64,000 bases of DNA from Ascidiella aspersa (Eukaryota): NCBI GenBank assembly GCA_963924565.1, contig OZ004614.1:10664001-10728000 (forward strand), written 5' to 3'. The notes beneath the pieces were generated by a model. That model was not told the DNA's origin and did no database searches. It saw nothing but the letters and a program-made list of their open reading frames with translations. Position 1 is the first letter of the stretch. The number at the start of each line of letters is the position of its first letter. Made by a program: the position numbers and the translations under genes. Of this stretch, positions 24,441-35,200 are shown piece by piece.

Positions 24441-27156
24441 GTGAGTTGTTGCATTTCGAGCACTATACCTGGGTTTAATACATTTGCTTGCTAACGGTAA
24501 AGCTTGATAAACCTTCTGATTCTGGAGAGCTCTCCCAAGAGGGTTTATGTGTGGTTTACATTTACTTTCTTAAATGTTTCAATTACATTAAAAACTGTAA
24601 TTAATTACATCAACTACAATTTTCGGCACTGAAACTTCAATTTTCTTAATATCAATGTATTGAGCCAAAATTTATCAAATCACAATTAGAATTACGCAGA
24701 ATGAAAATGGCTCAATTACATTACAATTACATTAAAACCTGTAATTAATTACATCAATTACAAATTACAATTGATCCAACGCTGATGTGTGGTCACATAT
24801 TTGAAGAGAAACTTTGTTAGGCGTACTGATTTTTGTTAGCCTTTTCTTAGAGATTTTAATTTACTTGTGTCGCAAATTTTTAAAATAAAAATAGAAAGAA
24901 ATAGCTACGAAACGGCTTTATTAAGATAACTGAATGCCCAAACAAGCAAGTGGATTTTATTGTTTTTCGTGAAAAGTTACAGCAAATCAATCCAATTATC
25001 CTGGGCCGCATTTGCATTTAATCTAATGACGTTCTAAGTAAAATACCAGTCGAACATTTCCAATGGTTCGAAATTTTATTTAATGCAGGGTAATCAAGTG
25101 GCACTATATTAAGACAAATTGTTTTAAATTCTCGACAAGCTTTCGCACAACCGTGATTGATCAGGTCCAAGTAGAAAAAAACGGATGAAGCACGGTTGTA
25201 CGAAATCTTGTCGAGAATTCAAAGCAATTTGTCTTTAAGTAGTGCCACATGATTACCCTATTTAGAATTAGGCAAATATGACCATTTGCAAATATTAAAT
25301 AAAGTAATAATTGCGCCAATTCAGAGCGAAAATAAAAACTAATTGAAAAATAGAACGATTATTTGGCTAACAACCAAACGAACATAGTGCTTACTGCTTT
25401 GCCTGTTGTTTTCCTCGTTTTGAAAAATCAAACATAAAATTGTCACGTAGTTCTGCTAAGAATATTTTTTCGCAAAATAACATCTCGACACTTAAAACTT
25501 TTTAATCTAGGTACAGCGGTAATGAGCAGCATTTACGTCCTCGTCCTTATGTCGATCGAGCGCCACCAAGCGATTGTTTTCCCTACCCTCGATCGATTTC
25601 TTAGCTCCAATTTCAGAGTGGCCGTTTGTATCGCCGTTATGTGGATTCTCTCTTTCTGCTTTCAAGTAAGTTTGACGTTGCGGCTATCGTTTATTATTAG
25701 AGGTGACCAAAAGCGCTGTATTAACAGTATTGCCAATGAGGAAATTTCCAGAAAAAAATCTTTGCACGTCAAACGAATACCTGCAGTAATACCTCAATAC
25801 TTACGGACCTCGGCACTTTTGGCAAGAGTTCATCCAGAATGAAGAAACAATTACACATTTTAATTCAACAAAAAACAAGAACGTGGAAAACTAAAACATT
25901 AACGCTAACTTTTTAAAATGCACATGTGTACACTTTCTGGTAATTCGTTAAAATAGAAAGTTAACGGTAAATCTGCCTAAAAAGATGGTTTTAGATGTGC
26001 AAACAAACAATAACTTACAGATACTTAACTATCAAATATAGCCATATCAAAAAGTTGTTCAATGCTGGAGAACTGTTGATTGAAATTTCAAATTAAAGTA
26101 AAAGGTGTACAAAGGTAAAAAGGATAGTAAAAGTGAATCGCAACGAAAAGAATGTTAACAAGCTATGATTTCACTGATATTATAATTTTTTGTGCCAAAC
26201 CCAATCTGGCGAACATAAAATTATGTCATTTACCATCACCTAGCCTAGAACAAGTACGCCAACCAACACATAGAATAATATATAATTTTTTTTCTTCCTA
26301 TCCTGTTTTTCTTTCGCAGATCCCCCAATTAATCGTGCTCGAAGACGTGGTAATTGCCAACGGCACTTTCCCTTGGTTGGCAGAGCAAGACAGCGGTGGC
26401 TACCAGTCGGACAATGGGACACTCTCGCTTATCCAGCCCGGCATTGCTGTCAGCACGGTGGTGAGAGGCTGTATTGAAACCTGGAGCGACGACCAGGCTT
26501 TCTCCTACTCAATTGCAATACTCATAGTGCTCTATGTCATACCGCTCGTGGTGTTAGTACTCATGTACGCCAGAATCGGGTACATGCTCTCGATTCGGCG
26601 GCCTGTCGGTAACTTTCTTCCTGCCAGGGCGGCGGCGCGTTCCCGCAGAAAACGCCGGCTGATGTTGCTGTTTGTTTTGCTCGTGGTTTCGTTCGCCGTG
26701 TTCTGGGGTCCCTTTTTCATCCTGCAATGCTTGAAGGCTTGCCGAGAAGGCCTGTGTAACCCTGAAGTGATTTCCTATCTGCAGTGGCTCGGTCACGCGA
26801 ATGTGGCGCTCAACCCGCTCCTCTATGCAGCTTTGCACGAGCGCATTCGCGAAACCTTTCTCCTAAAGACGAGGGCCGTTCGCCTGCTTTTCGCTAAACT
26901 TTTCTGCGCTAAATGTAGGCCTACAAGTTCTTCCGTGACGCCGCGAAGCCCAAGGCGCTCTGGGGGCGAAGAAATGGCGACCATCAGCAACCCTACAGTT
27001 ATCCAGCGCTCGGCGCCTTCCAGTTTTAATCAAAACGCGGCGAACGCGATGCCCCTGCGTCCACGATCGGCGACGACAAAAAATGGAACTGCCGCCGATG
27101 AAACGCTAAACGGTCTTCAGCTTCCAGGCATCACGCTTTCTGAGGTTTCGGCCTGA
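24038..27156 (+). CDS. Class A (rhodopsin-like) neuropeptide GPCR, QRFP/NPFF-receptor-like, 464 aa
   Basis: join(24038-24440,25511-25665,26320-27156)=1395 nt. Motifs GN (TM1), LAVSD (TM2), ERH (DRY position), W (TM4), ECL2 Cys, FWGP (TM6), NPLLY (TM7). Confidence 0.92.
24578..24784. mobile_element. AATTAC-rich MITE fragment
   Basis: Many CAATTAC units, duplicated block CAATTACATTAAAA-CTGTAATTAATTACATCAA, ends CCAACGCTG. Confidence 0.55.
25087..25259. mobile_element. Inverted repeat (76-bp arms, ~87% identical, 21-nt spacer) with hammerhead-like motifs at the apex (family B)
   Basis: Arms 25087-25162 and 25184-25259. Each arm corrected by the other gives gac CTGATGA a GCAC ggtt GTGC GAAA G CTT gtc. 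Confidence 0.8.
25511..25665 (+). CDS. GPCR exon 2 (TM3-TM4)
   Basis: aatctag| ... CAA|gtaagt, phase 1->0. Confidence 0.92.
26320..27156 (+). CDS. GPCR exon 3 (ECL2, TM5-7, C-tail)
   Basis: ctttcgcag| ... TGA. Confidence 0.92.
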   Translation: MPQLIVLEDVVIANGTFPWLAEQDSGGYQSDNGTLSLIQPGIAVSTVVRGCIETWSDDQAFSYSIAILIVLYVIPLVVLVLMYARIGYMLSIRRPVGNFLPARAAARSRRKRRLMLLFVLLVVSFAVFWGPFFILQCLKACREGLCNPEVISYLQWLGHANVALNPLLYAALHERIRETFLLKTRAVRLLFAKLFCAKCRPTSSSVTPRSPRRSGGEEMATISNPTVIQRSAPSSFNQNAANAMPLRPRSATTKNGTAADETLNGLQLPGITLSEVSA

Positions 27157-28974
27157 ATTGACGTTGTGGGTGGTTTATCGAGTGCCTCGCGAGAATATCA
27201 ACTTGGTATGTCGCCTAAATAGTATTCCACAGCCAGTTTGGTTTCGCTTCAGTTTGTAAGTTTATTACGTTTTGTTACGTCCGAGTGCCGAACCACATTG
27301 ACTACATCTATTCCCCACATTAACATGTTGAACGTTTTCTTAAAATTAAAGTTAAACTTCACCATATTTTACAATCAGATAAAACACGTCACAGCTAAAC
27401 CGTGTGCTTTGGATATCATCAATTTATTTGAAACTTGTCGATTGAATTAGTTTCCCTTCATCGTGTTTTAACACATAGACTTGTGACGCTTCAGCTTCAA
27501 AATACCACAGCATTGTTATTTAGGTGTTGTTGTGATAAAAGACTAACTTTTGCGTTTTAACTGCTTAATCCTACCTTTTATCGTTGTTCTACATAGCCCC
27601 TCACACACAAAACCAAGCTTGTTGTTTACGTTTTTACTATTTTGTAATACCAATTTTGAAAAGTCGTAGGCCGCAAGATTGCCAGACTGCGAAAGAGCAC
27701 GAAAAACGGATTAACAAACGCACAGCGTCAGTATGACTTGAAGAGTTAAATTGTCATCCGGTCAACAAAAAATCGGTTGACTACAAAATTAACAGTTTAG
27801 GAAAATCCGCAATACTAAACTTTTTATTTTCCAGTAACATTGAAGTCCACTCGAAAAACAATAATAAAAGTGTATGCAATCGCAATGTGAATAAACAAAA
27901 GCGGATATAAAAATACTGAACTAAAAGGTAGAAAAGAACTATAGGAATGTGCTGTTCCCAAGCCTAAAACTATATAGGCGCTCTATATTCACACTTCAGA
28001 GTAAAGTCTGGCGAAAATAAAACGTATTCGGAACTTTTAAAAAACGCAAAACACAGTTGACTGCGTCCAGTCCGCTAGAACGAAAGCGCGACAAAACCAC
28101 AACTTTTAAGCTGTTTAAAAAGGCAAAAGTACACATTTCATTAAAAACAACAATAAAAAAGCATTGAAACTTTGGGAAAGTAATCGACGCAGGTAGGCCT
28201 AATTTTCTTTATGCAAAAAGCTCCAGTCCAGTTGCTAAAAAAGCACAATAATGTTTTTTACACTATATATCTTACAGTTAGAGATAGACCAACAGTTCAT
28301 GGTACTTTATTTTGTAAGAAAATGATCAGACTTATTTTTGCATTTCACCTTGTCTGTCTACACTTCTGCGTGAGCAAAACATAAAAGTTATCAACTACAG
28401 CCGCCAAGTTCTGCAAATCAATTTTATTCGCTTTTCGTTAAATAAAGCCACTACCTGGCCAGCTGTGTAAGCGACAAAATCACTTACACTGACCTATTGC
28501 ACCATCCCCTCAACCCACCAATCCACGAGCGGACTACATAACAACACCACAGGCTGCCTTAAAATGCTTAATTTGAAAACGACAACTCGCTACTATACGC
28601 CGACGCTAGGAAATGCCCCAAATCGCCCCTAACTTTTTTAAGTACTTCGCCAAGTAATTCAGTGGATCTTGTGTTATTATTAACTTGTCAACTGTCAACG
28701 GTTTTAAAAAGAATGGTTGATTGTATCTGTTTTGGCACTCATTGAATCCATGACGACCCTTTGTTCGCGAGCGCCAAAATGCGAAGTTACTATTACCCTC
28801 TGCTTTCAACTTGCCAGTAACCATTGCTGGCTTGCCACTCACAATCGCCCAATTGTCGCCGACGACGCGTTCGCTAAACAGTTCACAAAGTACACGGCAG
28901 GCAAACTACATGTTCCTCGAACACTAATCGCGGTCGGAAATGTCGGTTGGCAAAAGATCAGCCACTGGCGCCTG

Positions 28975-29201
28975 TCAGTGGTTGCAAACGACCTCCGACA
29001 GCGAATGCCACTTGTTGATTGTTTTGCGTGGGTGCGCCAGCATGTCGTGCCAGTGGAGAAGCTGCTCGCCACGGCAGAACATGTGGCAGCCGATTGCCAC
29101 TCGCCCGTAGTTGTGCTCTGCGCTGTACCGCCCCCGCGTGACCACGCTCTTGATGGCGGACTTGACCTTGCGGAGTTGACCCTTGTCGTTGGTCGTGATC
29201 A
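28975..29201 (-). CDS. SYT15: SYT15-like exon 11 (C2B end, stop)
   Basis: attacag|, phase 1. Confidence 0.9.
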
Positions 29202-32200
29202 CTGTAATTTGAGAATAGTCTGGTTGGACTTAAAGACATCGATAAGTAAAAGAAATCGAACGGCTTTACGTTACATTACGTGAAGCATTAAACAAAAAAA
29301 CACCGTTCTGAAGCCGCCACATTGTTCTGAAGATACCTTTAAGTGAAGTGCCCAAGCAACAAGGTTATGTGTTCGTAGCTGAAAAATATTTCTTTTTCGC
29401 AACTATTGGAAAGTTACTTGGTAAAGTTTGAGTTGCACACATTACTTTTTAGCATTTATTCATCGGTACACGTTTAATATGGGTTCTACAGTATGTGCAG
29501 TATGAAAAGATAGTAAAAAAGAGAAATTGTCGTTACAATCACACACATATCTAGTGGACTTTATTTTGGCTAACACATCCGTAAGCATTTTTATGCATAA
29601 CGTTGGAAATAACTATTGTTTACCGGTAATTTAATGTTTATCTTTCCAACATTATACAACAAGGTGCGCCCCACAGTGTGTTTTCGTAAAAGAATTGCGT
29701 AAATAATGACCCAAGTCAATACTTTTTTCATAAAAAAAAAAATGACCCAAGTCAATACTTTTTTCATAAAAAGGTCAAAATTTTTTTTTTTCTGCTTACC
29801 GTCGATAGAGAGACACGTCTTCTCCATGTCTTTGGACGTCACCTTGAAAGAAAACGATTCCTTGTATTTGGGATCGGCGGCTCCCTCTTGTACGAGCGTC
29901 CTTTTCGTCTTTACGACCTTGTGACCTTGGGTGAGCTCGACTCGGACAAAAATGTCTGCCAAAAAGAGATAAAATCTAACAATGCATGCAGTGCAATGCT
30001 ATTTATGATGTGTGAAATAAAAGAGCGGCGCAGCCTTTTTGTCCTATTTATTTTATTCTATTTCTATAGCACCAGCTGACCTTTTTTAAAATTAGCCTAT
30101 AGTTTGATATTAATTTTAAGTCTCACAACACAGCTATCATGTTATGTAAATATTTTGATGTGATATAAATTATACACTATAGGTTAAAGCAGGGGTTCTA
30201 AATGTTTTTGTATGTTTTGCCCTTTTAACAAACATGAATAACAGATTTACCCCCAATATATAAAATTGTGTTCATTTATTAAAATCCAAAGTAACAAATT
30301 ACATCAGGTATCATCAGTTATATAAATGACGTAACAATGAAGTAAGTATAAGAGATAAGGATGTTACCAACAAATTAAAAAAGAGTAACAATTAGCAAAG
30401 CTTAACGTTACCCACACTATATAGACGATAAATAATTAATGACTAGTCAACTAGACTAGCTTCGAATGATCAGCAGTTCAGCTGAACTTAAGGAAAGTAG
30501 GTTACCAATACCTATATATAGCTGCCAAAATGTTTCTGTTCCGGTTATAAATAAAATACACCAAAGCAGTAAATTAAACCTGTTTCTTGCAAGTCCATCT
30601 GGCGAAGATTTTTCGCTTCTAGTATGACCACTGTAAGCCGATCGAGGGCTGGGTTGTAAGCGAGGGAAACATGCAGTTCTCCCAACGAAGTGCCCGTGTC
30701 GCCCGGCTGCAAGTAAAGAAGTTCAGTTTTGTTTGCTTGCTAAGAGAAATGTAAGGTCAACGTCGATTTGATGCAACACGTTGCCTATGTGACAGCAAAA
30801 AACAAGCCCGCAGATTGGTTGGATAAAAATAAAGTCAATCACCCAACTGGCTAAAATTGATGTTATGATAATATAGGCTTTTCCATTCCAGGCATTACAT
30901 GACAGCCCGTGAAATTTGCAACAGCCGTTGATACTGTATCGTACATATGTAAGGACACGCATAATTCACTACGAAAACCAGTCGATCAAAAGCCAAGGAG
31001 TTTGGCGTTCGACATGACTAAATTTGACAACATGTACCACCATAGTACCAAGTCAACCAAGCATATAGCCATAAAAAGTCAGGGTTAGCCTACGATAGCG
31101 ATTATAAAAGTCGTACATGCAATTGCCAAATATTTTACTACTATAATATGGATACTGTTTTCTGGTCTCCCTTTAAGCCTCATAAACAACCAAACTCTAT
31201 CCGGGTAGAACAGGGCGGGAAATTGCTTAAGCTTTCCAGTTTTTTTTTTTTGCTCATGCAAAATTCAATAAACATTTAGCGTTTCACAAACTCACGTGAG
31301 CGATTTCGTCCAGGTCTCTCCACATAACCTCGTCGGCTCGCGATGGGTCGATGTCGTTCAGGCTCACCAGAGCGTGACCGAGCAGATGACGTGTCGACTT
31401 TCTCTTGTCGAGATCGTAAACTGAGAGTCGCAAGGACCGCGACTTGATGTCCGAGTCAGACACCTGAATGCAAAAGTTACGAATGTTTTTGTTTTGGTTT
31501 GGACGTTGGTAGAAGGCCACGTTGTGTAGTAAGTGATCGCGCAGCGTTGTTAACCAGACATTTTGAAATAATTCAAGTCAAAGTGAAGCATTTTCAAAAA
31601 TATTAGGTTCAAGTCATTAGTTGCCCATGTCAAGTCCCAGTCTAGTCATCATTAAAGAAAGTCAACTCGAAGTCAAGTCAATCCTATAAAAGTAAAACGT
31701 TGAATTATTTAAAAAAATTATGAGCAATACCTCAACTTAAAATTAACAAAAATGCAAAATATATCAAGCAAATTGTGTGTTTTTTTTTAATTCAGGTCTA
31801 TAACCCTATTTTATACAATAATTTTAAATAAAAACACTTAATTTCAGCCCAAGTCATTTGACGAATGATTAAAGTCCGAGTCAACTCATTTGACCAAAAT
31901 ACTTCGTTGAAGACGAGACAGAAAAAACAGTGACGTCATTACCACCCTGGAGCCGCAGATCCTATAATATAGGCAACAACTCGACGGGTTTAAATTTGTA
32001 AATCCATAACCAGGTAAAATGTTTGCAAATTTGTATTTAAATTGCTTAATGTTTGAAAGTCAATGCAGTCTCAATTTGAAACCAGAAACTTCGTACAAGC
32101 GCTTATCACAACCGGTTTGCGTAGACCGCGGTTTTCCTGGAGTTTGTTTTTTATTTGGCAGGTAATATATAGCGATATAAGCAAAGTACCAAGTCTGCTC

Positions 32201-35200
32201 AAATATTTCAAATCCTCTTGTATCCGTATGCAAATAATAATAATATCTGTTTGCAATCCTTAGTTGGAAAAGAATGGCCCAAACGACAGAACTTTTATAG
32301 ATAATATTGCCAAAACTTAAGAGCGTTTTTTCATAAGGGCCACTTAAATGAATACAGACCATGTCATACAATCACTATATTGTATACCAACAGACAAACA
32401 CCCGTTAAGAGCTTCTTCGTTTACTGTTGTCTGTTAATGTGCACAGATATGTACCTGGAAGACGAAGCTTTCGTTGAAGAGCGGGTTGTTGTTTCGGGGT
32501 CGGACCTTGGTTTGTTGCGAGATGCGCTCGTCTGGCAGAAGAAAGAGCTTGACGAAGCTGTCACGCGGGCTGTTGCTGTTGTTGCGTCCCGGAAGCTGCT
32601 TCACCTGAGAGTCATGTGTGTGACCATTAGTTGTTCTCATATACATTACCCTTGTTCGCATATACAGGGTGGGCCAAAAGTAGGCTTACAGTTATTTGGC
32701 ATGGAAGAAAAAGAAGCATTAAATGGCCACCATGCTCACCTGACCTGACCTGACATCAATGAATCTATTCTTTTTTTGGTTTTCGTTTTGGAGTGTTGTA
32801 AAGAACAAGGTGTGTGAGAAGAACCCCAAAACAATAAATTTTCTTTTAGACCCAAACCCTACTTTTTATAACTGTAAGGATACTTTTGGCCCACTCTGTA
32901 AATGTTGCACAGAATATTTTATCGTTTGTGTGTGTTGTTTTCGCCTTATTTAAACTATTGCGTTGTCACTTACTCTTCTTGCCTCTTCACGTCTGCACCT
33001 CAACTGTTTCTTTCACCTGTTTGTATCTCATTTAATCACGTTTGCTGTAAACACCTTTTTATATTTTGTTACTGTAGCCATCACAGCTTTCTGCATGCCC
33101 TGTAGTTTTGAAAAGGCTTTATAGTAGTCGACAGTCAGTTTGGTAAGGTGTGGATTAACAACAGTTTAGATCATCTTCGTTTGCGTCCGATTTTTAATAT
33201 TTTAGCCATGTTTTGTATTCCAATGCAGCAAATTCTATTTTTTATTGAACAACATAGGTTAATAACGGAAGGTAAACAAAATAAATCTTCTTTCCACTTA
33301 TGCTAATTTTGAATTATTAACCTGAAAAAATAACTTTAAATGTTTGAACTTAATCTATCTTGTTTGTTTAAGCACAGTAATGATGTCATTTAGTTTTGGA
33401 TAGCGGTACTTTATACCCATAATATTGGGTATCGGTACTAGAACAAAATGCCAAGTATCGGACATCCATTTTTGAACTAAAAACCGACAGGCCGTGAAGT
33501 AGAAATCGGATATTTTTGCGTGGCATTCATACCCAGCAAATATTTTATGTTAAAGGCATGTGGCCGAGAAGTGGTTATTAAAGATCTTTTTCGCCGGATT
33601 TTTACTTCACTACTTCAATCAATGCTGTCCGGAAGACGCGTTTAAACTTACCTTGATGACCTTGACTGTAAGCGATTCCACTGCTCCGTCATAAACGTAG
33701 GAAAACCAAACCCTCCCTCTTCTGCTTTGCGGAAGCTCCGTCTCGCTAGCTTTTGAGTATCTGGATGAAATATTTATATCACAAACTGATCTAATGTCGG
33801 TATCCATAATGTAGATTTTATTTATTTAGCAAGCAACTAGCACGTTATCTATAGATATCACTCTTCTAAAAGGATATTTTCGTAGGTTTTTTAAGGACTG
33901 ATGTTAATAAGCAACACTTAAGTCATTTGACAATACATGAACGTATACTTTTGAACATTTGTAGGAATATTATGGCCATATAGAAATAGGTAACCTTAGT
34001 TTTTATATGTACTTTGATATTCCTACTACGTCTAACCAAATCTACAACCATACTTCTTTGAATCTTGTAAACTTGCCCAATTAAAGATTTTATTTACTTC
34101 GAAAACTATACAATTAGGTGAAAATGCCCTGTTAAAGACACTTAACCCGGTGTTAATTTACAGAGCAGCAGTTACATAAAAGAACGCGTGACGCATAAGA
34201 CGCCTAATTTTCATTAATTCATATTGGCGTTTTTTTATTTCGTATGGTTCGATTGAGGTTCGGCTAGTATAGTAACTCGACCTTCACCTGTAAAGCTCCG
34301 GTTGTATTCTGCCTATCATCATGTTCCTCGCTCTGTTGGGAGAATCCTGGATAGAGTCCCTACTAGGAGAAGTCGGGTGCAGTCGCGGTGCTTCTAGAAA
34401 GAACAATCGTGCACGTAAGAAAACAATCACATTGAAGCAATTATATGTTTTGAGATGATGTTCGCTTATCGTTTTACTCCTTTTATGTGTTTTTTTTTCA
34501 TTACTCGTCCCACAACTGTAAGTTATAGCCTCTTGTGAGTAGCCTCTATGTCAGTGTTCGGCAAACTTTTTTCGTTGCGGCACAAAAAACTTTTTCCAAA
34601 TCTATTGAAGACCCACTACGTTAAACCACTACGGTGCGGACCCAGAATGGGCTAAAAGTATAGTTAAAAGAAGCCATGGCCTGAAGGTCCTGTGATGCAA
34701 CAATGAGTCAAGATAAAACTCTCAGCAACACTGAGAGTTTTAATTCAGTACAATGCCCGGCTATTGTGCGGCCTACAACTCCATGATAAACCTAGTCTAA
34801 TAAAAATAGCTTGCGGCCGGGCCCACTAAAAATGGCTCAAAAAGCCCACATTTAGGCCGCGCGGCCCACAGTTTGCCGGCCACTGCTCTACGAACCCGGC
34901 GAATCGCTGCAAGCCCCTCACAGACAAAGAGGTGGTGATTAATGTCTTAGATATTTTAAACAGATTCTGTTTTGTTGTGTAAATGAATAAAGAGATATTC
35001 AAAGCGTTTTAAATGACACCTACTTTTATATTGGCTTTGATATTCCTACTAATTAAAACATCCGTCAAATTAAACCTCTAAACCAATAATCTGTTTTATT
35101 CCGCATTACAAACAGAACAGGTTACGCCTATTATTGGTTGAAACCTTTGTTCCGTTAATTACCATGTTCGACCGGTTGTTCGCAAGCCAACGTGCTGGAA

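Noticed and set aside
23725-24444. 239-aa ORF overlapping GPCR exon 1
   Set aside because: Alternative frame running through AT-rich DNA and a repeat relic; no domain features.
28717-29283. 188-aa plus-strand ORF
   Set aside because: Antisense shadow of the SYT15-like last exon and 3'UTR.
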